Positions 31,001 to 45,393 are shown, numbered from the whole stretch's first letter. The stretch: DNA of 59,515 nucleotides, filler included, from 5 parts of 5 records of this genome joined end to end with filler, not necessarily neighbours in it; one strand, 5' to 3'. Made by a program: numbers and translations. The notes: generated from the sequence alone by a model not told the origin.

Positions 31001-33769
31001 CCGCTCCTCAACCATTGGCTCAATGTCGAAGTACAAGAGTTTTACCGCTGGATCGTTCAGGCCAGCAGCAGTAGCATTGCCAGCAACTTGATGAGTACAG
31101 AGTACGACGTGAGCGAATCGGAGAGGTCAGTGCCTGACAACTCGCAGCGCTGGCCGCAGGCGCCCTGCGAGCTGCGCAGAGGTAAACGTGTAAGAATCGC
31201 CAGTAGAGCAGGCCATGGACCCCAAAATTTTGCCCATCGTTGGAATCACAAGGAACGCCTCGATACACGTGAGTACAGTGGTAATGAAGCGGCATCCTGT
31301 ATCATTTGGTCAAGACTGTTCACTGGTCACTGCATTCTTTTGCACAATATCATTCGCACTCAGCAAGAGCAAGGAGCAACGTGGGGAATGGAATCGGACG
31401 CGTAAGCATTCTATTGACACAGAGCATGCATGCCTGGACGCGCACCGCTCGACAGGAACGCTATGCAGGACACGAGGATGCAGGGGGAAGGATTTTGCGT
31501 TACATCGTTACAATTGGCAGCAATATTACTCAGCATGTACAACCAGGGCCGTAATATCGCCCCGATTGGCGCTTGGGCCGGGGCGATACTACGGATAGAG
31601 CACGCGTCAGCGCCCGCATACGCGCGCCTTGCCGTACTTATCAGAAACAACACTCCGAAGAGCGCGGAAACGAAGTTGTCCCACGTGACGTGTTCTGGCG
31701 CAGACGCCACAATATCGACTGCCGCTTCGCCCAGAAAGACCATCATAAAGCATCCAAATCGCTCGTTCATGTGATCCACGTGCACGGGAATACGCGCCTG
31801 TTCAAAGAGGCGCACGGGAAGCCGATGGAAATTCGCAGACAGGACAGCACCGGAGATGCGCGTCGCATCTCGATCCTTACGGTGAGCACGATTCCTTTCC
31901 GACGAGCGTGCTATAGATAAAAAATGGCCAATGCAAACCGCTCGGAATGTGGTGAACTCTCTTCTTATAAAGACGTTGAGCATTCTTCATAATGGGCGCA
32001 CTCTGGCTGTGCCAATATCGCGAGCGCGTGAGCGTTCCAGCGCAACGCGGCGCCCCTTTGTACAGACCTTGGGAGGCACCAGGCGCGGCATGATGATCGC
32101 GGAAAGAAACGTGATTCCAACGGCTGCCACATATGCTGTCTGTTTTGCCGTCGGCGTCGTCATGGCAGCCGCAATTGCGAAAAGCACGGCGGTGAGGAAA
32201 ACCGAGGCCGCCATGCGACAGCCGAGCCCGAACGTGCGCTCGGACCATAACAGACGGAAATACGTGATGCTCAGCGCCACGTACGTTCCTGAGGATGCGC
32301 GCGAAACGAAAAATATATATAGAGAATTGCTTTTTTAGATTTGATGAATCCAAGGTTTGGAAGAGGAGAATGACGGGGTATGGGCGGCGATGCACATGGC
32401 CACTGCAAAATACGACGTACGGCAACGCTTGCAAGCAGCGGTGAAAGCAGGTGAGGCCGTTGCGCTCTCACCACCACATACAGTGCCTGCACGCGACCAG
32501 GAGAAAGTAATGCATAGAGCTATAGACGTAGCTCCAGCAGAACGGAACAGAGAACTTAATTGCACAGGTAGCGTGCGAGAAGTAAAGCACGGTGCGCCCC
32601 CGCCGAAAAGCCTCGGCAAAGCACTGCCTGCCTGCGAGAGTAACAGCAGCACAAAACCCGCATCGTTGCCAAGTGCACGTACCGCTGCAACACACTGCAT
32701 ATCCAGTGAGGTTATGGCCAAGCCCGTCTACGGTGTTCATACCCGCTCCACAGAGGAAAATAAAAGTCAACGAGTCGAGCGAAAACTGCAGGCCGTCGGA
32801 AGCTTCAAATCGGGTATAAAAGCTGGACAGCGAGCGATAGTGCACCGGGAAGAACGCAGGCATTCCGGAATTCCCCCCAGCAGCGGAGTTAGTTCGCCTG
32901 TCCCAGCGCGCGCTTTGTAGCGAATCCATCCTCGTCCATACGCAGCCGGGAGGAATTCGAGCGGTCGAAAAGTTGCATTAACAATCTTGGTCCGTACTGC
33001 ATGCTTTCTTTTCGACTCCTCGTCTTACCCTGTTAGAAGCTGCCAGGCGAAGAACAGCGGGCAGAAGAGCAAAATGTAATGCACAGGCGCCATGCTGCTG
33101 TCCGCGTCGCGAAGGTCGTCGCCAAGCCGCCCTGCAGAGCAGCAGTGTACATCGCCAGTGCACCCAACAGAATCAGTATGCTTCTCGTCAGTTTTTCGTG
33201 CATTTGAAACAGTACAAGCGAAATTCCGACGAGCTTGCCGGCTGAGGGAGAAAAAAGGGTGCTGCACCAGGGAACCGTTGGAAAGGAGCGAGCGCGCGGA
33301 TAGCGGCCGCGTGCACCGTACAGCAAGCTCAGAACGCACCAAGGATCGCCACGTACACAATGTCGAAGAAAAGCTCAGTCCAATTCGCATGGCGTTCACT
33401 CTGTTCCTCTCCCCATTCTGCAGCAGAGACACCAAAGCATTGTAAATAACTTGCATTCGCCGCGTGCACTTGGGCAGAGAATGCGATTCCACTCCCGTGG
33501 TAGCGAAAGGAAGCGCTCCGCTGCGAGTGGGCGCACTCGGGTTGCGCGCGCGTGCCTCACACTTACGACGGCCTGGGCACCATGTACTTGCGCGGAGCGT
33601 TGCACCACTCGCTCGACGAGCATTTCCCCAGAGTGCTCGCCGAGCACTCTGTGCAACATGTGAGAAACATACCTTGCAGAACACGGATTGTGCCGACAAA
33701 CGCGAATTCACGCTGCGAAGGCTCATCGAGAACGCCCGACGATAGTGAGAGGCGGCGCAGACCAGTCAT
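28100..33769 (-). CDS. Spliced eukaryotic LtrA (low temperature requirement A)-family membrane protein, 11 or more exons
   Basis: Phase-compatible GT-AG exons: 33769-33673; 33417-33340 (ERHANWTELFFDIVYV); FYTRF exon near 32825; 31797-31638 (HMNERFGCFMMVFLGE); 31047-30928 (LLYFD..HALRTS..W..SH); last exon 28335-28100. Some internal junctions are uncertain. Confidence 0.8.
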
Positions 33770-34173
33770 ACTGGCAACAAGGAAGAAACGGCTAGCCGTT
33801 CCAACCTGCGCAAGGGCGGCGTTGCAGCACGGAGCTCAGCAGCCAACTACGTTCCAATGCAACACGATCGCAATACTTTAGACCCACTGGATTTAATGCG
33901 TTGCGCGCGGAATGTGGAAAAAATAGGAGGACGCTCCCTGCTTTGACAGGCAGTAACGTCCGCCCAAAACGCAGGTCTGCGCAGGAAACCCGCGTCCGGC
34001 GGTGGCGCGCGCAAGGGCCGCCGGGCCGTGCTCGCAGCCCCCAGCGCGCCCAAGAGGCAAGGCGTGCGTGCGGATTTCGCAGGGTTCCCACCGTTCCGGT
34101 GACACGTCCACCCTCCGCTCAGAGCGCTCTGTGCGCTCCCTTTGCAGGCCACGCCGGTGCTGTTGAGGAGAAA

Positions 34174-34273
34174 NNNNNNNNNNNNNNNNNNNNNNNNNNN
34201 NNNNNNNNNNNNNNNNNTTAATTAATTAANNNNNNNNNNNNNNNNNNNNNNNNNNNNNNNNNNNNNNNNNNNN
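34174..34273. other. Artificial contig linker
   Basis: 44 N + TTAATTAATTAA + 44 N. Confidence 0.99.
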
Positions 34274-35659
34274 AACGCGACGAAGGGCACGCGTGAAACA
34301 CTGTTAGTCAACCCTCACGCAATGCGACAGTACCGTAGGAAGAGCCTACGCGCACAATACTAGGTGGGGGGGGGGGCGAGACAGAAAGCCTACCATGCTG
34401 GAAAGAAGTCAATGAACTGAGAATCTTTAAGACCACTGGTGCGGAAGGCCTACAAGCACAGAACATATCCGCGCTCAGACCCCATATCCACAGGAAAACG
34501 CAGCGCCGGAATGGAAGGCAGAGAGCCGTGTAGCATTCCTCTACTCTGACACTTGTGCACTTATTTTTTTTCTCTATCTTCATCTTCCTTCAACTGCAGC
34601 GGCATGCCTGTCGTCGTTCATACCACAGCCACGAGATGATAAAAGGCACTTGTTTCAAATCGGAAACGGAGAGCCTCCTGCTACCACCGGAAGACGCGTC
34701 ACCGTCGCGTCCATGGACAGCAATGAATCTTGACAAGAAATCACAGACTCCACATATTCCAAACGCGGTGTAACGAAAAACTCTAACGACAGAAGCACTG
34801 GCGGTACCGTCGGTGAAACTGGGACGCGTTGGCGACTTCAGCACCGCAGGTGATCGGATGGCACGGAAATACTTTCCCATCTGAGCTCATGCAAGGGGCG
34901 AAGCTCGGCCAGGTCAGACTTCCGGAACGCACCGCGTTTTCACGTCGAAAATGCGGATATAGGGCGAAGAACCTGCGGCTGAGGCAGCGAGAAGCGTTCC
35001 ATCGTCTCGTAGTGTGCCAGCGTGAGCTAGATTCGAGAACCGTGAGATGGTCTTCTTGACCGCAAATGTCATCGCGTCGTAAATCTGCGTGCAGCAGCGC
35101 GCACGCGGCGTCGACGTTTACGAATCGAGGTTTACGCGTGAGGAGGAGAAATCGCACTGGGAAAGCAACATGCTGAATCCCAAGCTGTGGCGCGCCAGCT
35201 CCACTGCTACAAGTGCGGAAGAACAGGGCACAATCGCCCGCGGCGGCACAACGCCAGAGCTCTGACAACGAGCCAGCGCACCTCTACGCGCGCCCCGCTC
35301 GTGACTGCACAGTCGTGCGGTTCATTGTCTGCAAAATGAATGTACTGCACTGCAGGTCCCTTGTTCTCGCGAACTGTGCTGCGAAAAGACCGCCAGTACC
35401 TGGATCATGGGGGACCACGGACGACGAGAAAACGGGCGCAGCGCGGATCAGCAGGTGGTACCTATTGCGGTGAGTAGTTTGTCGAATCCTCCCTCGCAGA
35501 ACCGCCCATCACTCTCTGCCTATCCGCCGTGTAAAGCAAAACCAATACATGCAATTGGACGAAGATGAAGAAGGTGGCATCAACAAACCTGTCCTCGACG
35601 TGAGTTTTCCCTGGCGGAGGAGCTGTGCGCTTCAGCTGAAGCTTCTGCAGGTCACTCAT
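34274..35659 (-). CDS. UTP15: 5' part of spliced U3 snoRNA-associated WD40 protein 15 (truncated by contig end)
   Basis: Joined exons MSDLQKLQLKR...EDR-YWRSF...AVQYIHF..NEPHDCAVTSGAR..IYDAMTFAVKKTISRFSNLAHAGTLRDDGTLLAAS match the UTP15 N-terminus; exons below about 34930 not resolved. Confidence 0.75.
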
Positions 35660-36275
35660 CGTCTGGCTTCACCTGTCCAGCGCCGCCGGCGCAAAGCACG
35701 AGCACCTTCCCTGCGCCAAGAAACAAAAAAATCACAATACGTTGAAGCAAGTTATAAATCGCTTATTCTGCAATAAAGATGTCAGATACGGCGGCATTGT
35801 GTTACGCGTGCACGTCGTGCGGGCCAACGCGAAAGGCCAAGCAGAAACGTCAAGCAGCTCTACCACGCACGCAGTGGGCCCTTCTGACTCGGCGTGTGCG
35901 TTTCCTGCCGCTCTGCCCACAGCAATGAAGCGAATGCACGCCTTCTCTACTCGACAATTGTTCTAATGTGTATCACCTACACATAGCTGTAAAAAAGGCG
36001 AGGCCACGGGGTGCGCTTGCGAGCAACGCAAGGGTGCGACCTCGACACACGCAGCGATAAGGAAGTGCGAGCGCCCGCGCTCGGCGACGCTCATCAGGAC
36101 CTTGCGCCGCCAAATTTTCGCGACACAAAATCCTCAAGCATCATCGTAGCACGCAAGAATGTCTTGCGAGATCTGCAGCTGGGACATGCTTGTACAGCGC
36201 TCGCCGTACCTGCGAGCTCGGGCGTCGGAACCGTAACAGCAAAAAGGAGCACGCGCGCTGGCGGAAGGCCAACTC

Positions 36276-36306
36276 ACACACGCACACACGCACACACGAA
36301 CACACA
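36276..36306. repeat. Imperfect (CA)n microsatellite
   Basis: cacacgcacacacgcacacacgaacacaca. Confidence 0.6.
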
Positions 36307-36570
36307 GTCCTTTGCACACGCGCACGCCAAAGCGCAGGCTTGCAGCAGTGAGGAAAAGCCCGGGAGAAAGGTTAAGCAGTAGGTGTGATGTAAAAGTACC
36401 CCGCCGTACATATGCTGGCGGAAGACATCCATACGTTTGGTTTACATACTAGGTCTTTGAGAATCATTCATCGCAGCTCGAGCATCGTCTGCGGATCCCC
36501 CAGTGCGTGCCCGCGGACTCGTGAGGCGCGCCGAGTGCGACGTGCAAAGCGACTGTGCCCACCTCCCACA

Positions 36571-37956
36571 ATGGCGCGCGGTCCAAAGAACAACGCTGCT
36601 GTACAGTCAGCGCAGACTATCCCTGCATCATCGCGCGTACGAGGTATGATATGATAATATGTACCGTGTTATGGATGATGTCGTTGGATGCGCGCTCGGG
36701 CTGCGAGCGGTTGCGCTCGTGCCGCGCGGGCTGCGAAAGGGGCTTACGCCAGCGCCTCTCCATCACGGTCGATATGAGGGCCACTGGCGCGTGGTGGGCT
36801 GTCGCGGCGCGCGCACTCAAAGTGCGATTTCGATTCCGAAGATGCGTGCTATAGTTGCTTTTGTGTCCTTTTATGGATGCCAAGGATGTAATGTTCGCTG
36901 GCTTCTTGCGTGACACGCAGGAGCTGCGGCGTCTCACGCGCGCACACACTTCTCGTTCGCCGCGCTGCCCAGCCGCTGCCGTCGCGTCACGCCGCCGTTT
37001 CTGCACTCCTCGGTGCGGTGCCCAGGCCGCAGTGCTCACTCTTTTTGCCATTTTTTAATTGTCCGCAATTTTCTGCACAATAATTGAATGTACAGGGCAA
37101 GTTCCCGTGCAACGCAGCCTCGTGACGTGCGCAGCGGCGTGCATTTTCATCTACATCCTTCTCCTAGCCCTGCGGGACGTCTTCTTGTCTTCCAACCCGC
37201 TCAAGGTAGCAGCCGGCGCTGTTGCTGCAGTGTTCTTCTTTTTTGCGTTCATGGTACGTGCCGTTTGCAACCCCCTCCCTTGTACGCCGCAAGTGTCATC
37301 AAGACAGAAAATATCTGTGTTTGATATAAAACGATGATTCACGGTAAAGTATTGTAAAGAAGTGTGCTCTCGGCGGTAACGCGCGTGCTCTTCGCCGCCC
37401 CTTTTGCTGCAGGGCGTCGCCAACCTCAAGCAAATCCTGTTCGGCGCCAAGAGCGCCGGTTGGTTCGAGGCCGTGCTGGCAATCGCGCTGACAGTGCCAA
37501 CTGCTGCCAATGTTCACGGAATTGCTGCCACGACAAGGTCAGTCGCGAGTCGTCCATCGCGTCTCACGGTCGCCTTCGCATCGTTGCTGTGTCCGCCTCA
37601 CCCGCACGTCGTTGCAGCGGAGCGAATTTGTCAGCGAGTGCGTTGTGCTGCCCTGGCCCGAGGTCACGTAGCGCAGTCCGGGCGCTGTTCCTCTGCACAG
37701 CTTGCTCACTATGGATCTCGCGATCCTTTCACTGTCTTGGCGTGCATCGCAGTGTCTTCTTTTCGGGATGCATGCTCGCGTACATATCGTGGGGAACGGG
37801 CGAGATTCACAAGGTGCGTTCAGCGGGCCCTTGTTTGCGGCTCGCGCTCCGCTTGTGGCGTGCGGCTCCTGCGGTCGCGTTTGGCATGTGACGCGCATCC
37901 CGGGCGCCTGACGCGGAAACCCCTGCGATTGTGATTCTGGTGAACAGGTGGCGTAA
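36571..37956 (+). CDS. KRTCAP2: Spliced KRTCAP2/KCP2-like oligosaccharyltransferase subunit (first exon uncertain)
   Basis: Exons from 37096 join to QVPVQRSLVTCAAACIFIYILLLALRDVFLSSNPLKVAAGAVAAVFFFFAFM-GVANLKQILFGAKSAGWFEAVLAIALTVPTAANVHGIAATT-SVFFSGCMLAYISWGTGEIHK-VA*; GW.E, VH...TT..FS pattern. Confidence 0.7.
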
Positions 37957-38284
37957 TGCGCAAGCTGTGCGTATATGATGTGAACGGTGCTCTACTAGAA
38001 GAATACAAGAAACATGTGTCCCTTGTGATATGCGGCGCAGTGCATACTTTCGCGACGAGCCCGATAGTGATCATGATTCATTCTTTCCAGTCATAGGACT
38101 ATCCGCAGTTTCTGAACAAGTATACCGGCGGCTATTTGAAACATAGGCCGCAGCAGCAAAGGTTTACGTCTGAGCGCGCACACGTGTGCTGCTTGCTCAG
38201 CGGCATTCCTATGCGCCTTGCGTAGGACGGGAGCCATCGCGCGCGGCCAGCGGCGGGTGTATCGCCTCCAACTGGGCAGGAAAG

Positions 38285-41200
38285 CTAATCCACCTTGATG
38301 GCCCCGTAGATTTTGCGCACAAACCACAAGGCGGAGAGGAAACCAACAGAGCCGCACATGCAAAAGAAGACCAAGGAGACCACAAACATGTGGCTAAAGT
38401 AGATCAGAGACTGCACCGAGAAGAGGGAGCACAGAGAAGCGCAGTGAGCGAAGAAACATGTGGAACCGAGAAGGTACAAGAGCGCGCGGACGCGTGTCAC
38501 TCGCGTGCTGTGGGCTTCATTGCGCCACATCTTCACCGAACCGAGCTCAGCCCGCACTGTGCCTAACCCTGCATACTCAAAGCTCTCTACCTATAAAAAC
38601 CAACGCCCAACATACGCAGACGAAAAACAGCGCAATGCAAAACGGAAAACTGCGCAGCCCGTTCCTACGACAGCCCAGCAACAGTAGCCGCAGTACGTCG
38701 GACCGGGCCCACGAACGACTACTTGCGCGCAAAAAGCCTGGCAATCTGTCTCGATCTCCATCAAGACCGTACCGCTACGTAGCCCATGAGGTCGAGCTTC
38801 GAGTAAAAGTAAAACACCGAGTAGAAAAAGAGATACCCCGCAGTGCTGCACCGTCCAAACACCAAATGCGCAAACAGACTTCATGTTAGATCCACAGTGA
38901 AGCTCGCAGACAGAGAACAGGAGGTCGACGAGTGCTTGCCATCGATATTCACTTGAGCATCACGAGATCTTTTCCCACGTCTTCCCGCGACCAAACGCGG
39001 GAAACGAAAGGCGCATGAGAGCCGGACATATGCCAGTGTGGCCGCCCGCTACGCGCAAGCTCGTACCTTCCCACGGTGAGGAACGAGCGCCACCACCACT
39101 GTAGCCCGGCGCCGGCGCAAGAAGGAACGCATCAGCACAATGCAGAAAACGAAAAAGGCAGCAAGAGGAAGAAACAAGCGAAGCGATTCGTTAGCAACAG
39201 TTCCTCGCCCAGCGCCAAGGATTCCATGTGCGCACCGTAGGTAACTGTGTTTCACACAATCGTCTCACCGGGTTCACCAAACGTAGGCCGACGGCGCAGC
39301 AAACTTGCCCACGGGTAAAATTGTTACAGAAAGAGCACGTCCAACTTCAAAAAAAAAAAAGAAAAGGGAAACACATGTTCCAGGTCACAACATGGGCCTG
39401 GCAATAGGCGCAAAGGCACGCACCTTGTAATCTTCACTGCAGAGTTGGAAGTAGCAGAGAACAATAGTGATCTCTGCACATGTAATTACCAAAATGCAGA
39501 ATACGATGAAAAGGAATCCAAAGATGTAGTAGAACTGGACCATAGAAGACGAACGGAATCACACATACACCCGTCAGTACACCCCTCACACGCAGCCAAC
39601 CGCGCGGCAGTGCAGCAGTCACGCGTTCGGGACGGAGCTGCCAAGCGGCACCGCGTGCCGGAATACGTGATTCACCTAGTGCGCACAACCTGGCGGATTC
39701 TCCTAGCACTCGCGAGCTGCCCCTTGCATGCGACGTCGTTCACTGCTTGGCCCATCTTCCAGTGCAACGGGGTAATAAAAAAAATGAGAGCAACGAGCTC
39801 GGCGTCACCTCGTCCCGCCCATTCAGTTCGTGCAGACACGAATTCTCCATGCTCGAGCCATGATCACACAGCACACTCACTGAATGGCCTCGTCGCAGCC
39901 GTAAAAGTGGCGAAACGATAGGGAGACGTGCGCGAAAAGTACGCAAGCAGGGAAGATCGCGCGCCCGCGAACTTCTATAGCAGCGTGCCCAAGAGCTCGC
40001 CCGCAACGTACCCGGTGAAGCCACACGGACGTGAGAATAAACAGCAGTTCGAAGAACACGGCGCCAAACGGCAGAACACCGCCGATGAGGATCGAGATCA
40101 CCGGGCGCATGTACCAAGGCTGCTCCGGAATGTGGCGCGGGATCTGCAGTGTCTTGCAAGGGTACTCGATCGCGGGCTGTCCAGGAACCAACCAGCAAAG
40201 ATCAGCACAAGAGGGAGAACAAATGCCATGAGGAACCGAGCTGCGTGCAATACTGCAACAGAAAGCGTTACAGAACAATCCACGATCGAGGACAGTCCCC
40301 ACGGCACATTTCAGCGGCCTAACTACCAAAGGAAAGCTGAGGAAGACGCCATGAAGTACTTTCGTCGCAGTTCGCGGCCGCATACCATCTCGCACCATTT
40401 CGCGAGGAAGCAGCCCACTGAACGAACTGCCCAGTGCATAAGAAAAGCGCGACATTAGATTAAAATTGTCGAGCGCGCGTACCTTCTTGAACCCGAAGAA
40501 CGCCCCGACGAAAACGAGCGGTGTGCTGATCGCGAACCACATGAGTACAATCGCAATAAGCGTGCCAAACGGAACCGCCCCGGACGACTCCTCGCCCCAG
40601 ATGAAGAAGTTGAGAACAAAGAAGATTGAAAACACGATGCCCGGCACGCCAAGCGCCACAAGAAGGGTGTTTTGCTTCCATTCAACGCCGCCACAGCTCT
40701 TGTACACGCGTGCAGACACGTATCCCGCGACAGCACCCAGGAAGACGAACAGGAAAAGCACCGCGGTCATCAGCGCTCCGCGATTCGCGGGGGAGAGGAA
40801 ACCCAACAGGGCAAACACGAGCGTCGTCACCGACATGCACAGAATCTGCGCTCCGGTGCCGACGAGCGCAGCAAGAAGCGACGAGCGCTGCGGAGGACGG
40901 AACACTTCGCCGTGCAAGAGCTTCCATCCAGTTTCCTCCTGAATGTCCTCTGACGTTTCCAATTGATTGTAGCGACGGAAATCGTTGTGCAGCGTCCGCA
41001 TCTGCGATACACACGTGGGCGCATAGAAGAATGGAGTGAGATCATATAGATTGTGCGCGCGCAGCTTGCAACGGCTACGGGTATTCGCTGTGCACAATGA
41101 TATGTCAACCGATCGTAGCCATGCAGCAAACGTGGAAATCTCGGCCCAGAGAAGAGTCGCTTCCCGACAAGTACTGCGCACCACTGCGACGAATTCTGCA

Positions 41201-44200
41201 AACCCCCTAGACGGGAAAGAAAAAGCTCACAACGAGAACTCCACGAGCGTGCAAAGACGAAGTGCGCGTGGAGCACAATACGCGCATCAGGGAAGATACG
41301 AAAGCAGACTTCTCGGGTCCTCAGGCGCGTGATATGTAGTGCCGGGCGAGAACCGTCTCCCAAGCACTCAGTCTGGCGGTGGAAATCGGACAAAGAAGAG
41401 CCAGATTACAAAATCACGTAGAAGCGAAACGCCCCGCAGAACAACCCCCGATACGCACCATAATCATTGCCACCATTCCCGTAAGGAAGAGGACAATCAT
41501 CAGCGAATTAATGATCGAAAACCAGTGAATCTGATCGTCGGTCATCATGAGATACGTATCCCAGCGCGAAGCCCATTTCGTTGGAGACGGTTCAAACTTC
41601 ACGTCGTATGTGAACACGACCTGCTGGGCCCGGTCGAGATGAAGCGGCTTCGCGGTCGCGGTCAACCCGGCGGTTTTATCACACGTTTTCAGAACGCAAG
41701 TATTGGAATTGATGCACTCGCTGGTGATTTCTTTTTCGTACTCGTGCTTTACACTGTACGGCTCCACCTGCATAGGCGCAAAGAAGCAAGCAGCAAGGCA
41801 CGAGACCCCAATACAGGGGTGAACATCACCAAATGCCGGTAATCTGAAGCACTAGAGTTTCTCAAACAACGGAGGCGAATACGCTTCTCTTCAAGGCAGT
41901 AGCACATGCGGGACGTGAACAAGAGTGAGACAAACTCGTTCTCTGTACGCCGTTAACGTAACCAAAAGTCCTTCACCAAAGCACCGCAGGATCGAGAAAT
42001 GCACAAGAAACATATTCCCCCGACTGCAATCTGTTCTCTACAGGAACTGCGTACGGCAGCAGCAGAACAGGCGCATAAACTGCACAAGAGCTATATCGAC
42101 GATGCTTCCGGCTTGGTCCGGCTATAGCAGCACGCAATGACAATGAAGAACCGTACCAACACAGCATTAAAGGGCAACGGTGGTTGATTCTTCCGAATGG
42201 GAAAAGAAATTCTCGGAGCAACACGAAACCAGCGTACAGCGTGCGCTTCTGGACACGACAGAGAGCAAAGATTCTCGAAGGACATCGCTGCAGTGGCCAT
42301 TGAACCGGAACATACCTCGAAACCAACGATGCGCGCTCCAACGAAAGCAGCTGCGTCTTCATGGTAGAGAACAGTGAAGCTGCACGTGGCACGCGTGGCG
42401 GGCGCGAGCAAAACGAGAAACAAAACTTGCCGTCAGTTCGCAGCAACGGTTGCCACAAGCGCACAACGATCTGCCCAGACGAATCTTCTCCGCCGCTCAA
42501 GGACAACGATTTGCACTTCGCAAGAAGCTAAGGCGAACCAAAGCATACCCAAACGGAAGAATAAGCAGACAGCGTGTACACAGGTATTGTACGGTGAGCG
42601 AACCACCGTACACACACCACATCCGCGCACACAAAAGCATACAGCACGTAAGCTCACCACTGCAGACACCGCGCATGGTATTTCTGCACAGTACTCGACA
42701 CCTGCTCCAGCGTAACAAATTCCAGGCGGAAATTTAATCACACACGCTAGCCGAAGTGCATCACTCACTTTGGCCCGTGTGTACCAGCGCGTGGCAGAGC
42801 ACCATGATGAAAATGGAGGGTGCTAAGCGCACCTGAGATGGTTGTTCAACAGCGCTGCGCCTTTCTTATCGCGCGACTGGCGGCCCAGCGCGTAGCCAAG
42901 CACGTAGGTGAGAATTGTCTTCTTAGGATCCTTCTCATCGCGAACGTAGCGACGGACAGCAACGGGAAGATTATCCAAAATCCTACATTAAACACGGAAC
43001 AATCAGCCATTTCATTTGTTATTCAGCATGAAATGCGAATCCCTCAAAATGGCATCCGTGCGCCAAGGGGAATGCCGAAGCAAGGGTCCATCAGGGCCAA
43101 CTGATAAGGACCGCCCGTGCACCACCAACGCAATGCCGAGCACAGAGCAAAACTGTTCCAAGAGTACTAAATACTGTCAATACGCACGCTTCGCTTTGTA
43201 ATATTCCACATTTTCTTTTCCCGCTTGGCATAGAAGAAAACTGCGCTACTACATAGGGCCAACAAGAGGGTGCCACGGGTGTCAACGTACAGCTGAACGC
43301 GGTATCCTTCGTTGACACGCTCTGCGAATGCCGCAACTTCATCATCCAGCATCGCAACTTTGCAAGCAATGAAGCAGTTTCCGGCTTTATGCATTTTGAG
43401 CTGCATATGTGCAATGAGGACACGCAATACAATGAGGACGATCGCTGATCGAAGGTGAAATGGGAAGAATGGGAAGAGGACGCGCATACTAACTACCGCA
43501 CTCGCACGCTGGAGCCGTAGTCAAAGTAACGCCGACGAGCAGCACCAGAATTCGCACTTGCAATGGCAAACCGCGCCCGGGACTCCGGCGAAGGGGAGAC
43601 GCGCCACAGCGTATACACAGTCGAATACATGCGCTCTGCAGCAACAATAAAAAACCAGAGCTCCAACGTCGAGACACTACGGGTACTGCGCCTTGCAAAC
43701 AAGAACGGCGTCCGCTTCGCTACACGTGCGGGGACCAACGCACCGTGTACGGGGAGTTCTGAATCCGGTCGCCTGTTGAGAACCCAAAAAAAAAGGGAGA
43801 CGCACGAAAAACACCGGCAGAAATAGCGATTAGTTGCAGAGCGGATACAAGGATCAATTCCATAGTTATTCAGGTACTTTTGTATGGGCTAAACCAGCTA
43901 GATTGAGCGAGTGCAACCATAAAGGAATCAAAAAAGAGAGAAAGGTGAATTGGCAGCGACCACGCTCGGGATGCGCGCAGGACAGCAGCGAAGGGCGCTG
44001 TCCCGGACGAAGCGTAGACTGTCCACACAGGAGCGTGCGCCGCTGCGCGACGCGGCGCACAGCTATAGCGCTGCGCCCGAGTTGTAAAGGCGCTCTTCAT
44101 CACCGATGATGTACAGTTCAGGGCAACCCTACCTGTCTCTAACACACACTGGTGTAGCAAACAGGGCAGGTTGATAGGCGGGGTACTGTGGCGAAGAGAC

Positions 44201-45393
44201 TCCACAGCAGGGCGGTTCGTTCAGCTGCGCAACGCGACAGCAAGCGCAACAGCGCACAACCCCCCGGGCAGCGAGCAACTGCAAGGAGAAGCGGCGAGAG
44301 CAAACGCTTCACCCCGACGGCACAGCGACAGAAAAGGGCCACGCTCTGCCCAATTGCCCTCATCACCGGCCATTGTGAAATACACACAAAACGCGGTAGC
44401 AGTGCGCACCCACAGCACCTACAGGAAGAGGGTACGAATGGCTCGGCACAAGCAAACGTGAAGCACGCACTGCGCCTGTCTCGAGCCGTCGCAGCGCCGC
44501 GCGCGTGCCCGCTGTGCACTCGAACGAGATCAATGGGTGGCAATGATTTGGCCCCGACAGGCATATTGATGGCCCCAGATGCAACTACGTTCACGTATTA
44601 TGCGATGCTGGCCTATATGGCTATGAACACAAACACGTTTATACGCTCCACCCGCTAGGACATGAGGGGAGGCGATGCTGGCGGCGGCGAAACGAAGACC
44701 ATCAACGCGAGCCCTGGTGCTGCCGTCGCACCGCACGCGCAGGACGTACCGCGAAGAACCTCGCCGAGGTTTTCGACCTTTGGCTGCAGTTTGTCGGGCT
44801 TGCAGAACTGAAGTGAGTAGTACTCATACGGCAGCTGCGTTTTCGTACTTATGAGACTTTGGGCGCGCACGCGAAGCTCGTCACCTTCCTGGAGAATCAA
44901 GAGCACCGGAAGGAGCGGCGCAAAAAGAAGCCGCGGGTCGCCAGCGCTTAGGCGTCCAGCGAGGCGTTGCGCGGTGCCAAAGATGACCGACGGGAAAATG
45001 CAGCGGTCTGAAGTGACGTCAAAGCCCACAGCGGCAGCGCCGATGGTTCCACCTTCGTACAGCCGCACGGCCCAGTATCACCGCCCCCAAACTGGCAGCC
45101 ACTGCCGTGCTGTGTGAAAGGTCTTAATTGTGCATCACTCTTGCTGAAATGGCGAAAACAATCTTCCAAAAGAAGCCAGAAAGTGCGGCTGTGGCGAGAG
45201 GTTGCGCGCGCGCGTACACAGCGCCTTCCGCAAGCGGGCCCCCTGTTTGCTCGCTCCGGCCCGTTGCTTGCAGTGCGAGGAACGCTAAATGGGCACATAC
45301 CTTGAACTCGCGCGGAGCGACGCCGGGAAGATAAAAGCCACATGCACTGCTAATTAACGCAATCGCGCATAGGGTCACGAAAGAGGACCGCAT
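38285..45393 (-). CDS. TM9SF: Spliced transmembrane 9 superfamily (EMP70/TM9SF2-4 type) protein
   Basis: Signal peptide + [89 protein letters not shown]; ends [12 protein letters not shown] (KxD/E motif). Confidence 0.95.

Noticed and set aside
42801-42842. C/D-box-like ATGATGA...CTGA with ACCAT/ATGGT ends
   Set aside because: Only about 40 nt, antisense to the host gene, and the D box lies in a TM9SF exon (LLNNHL)
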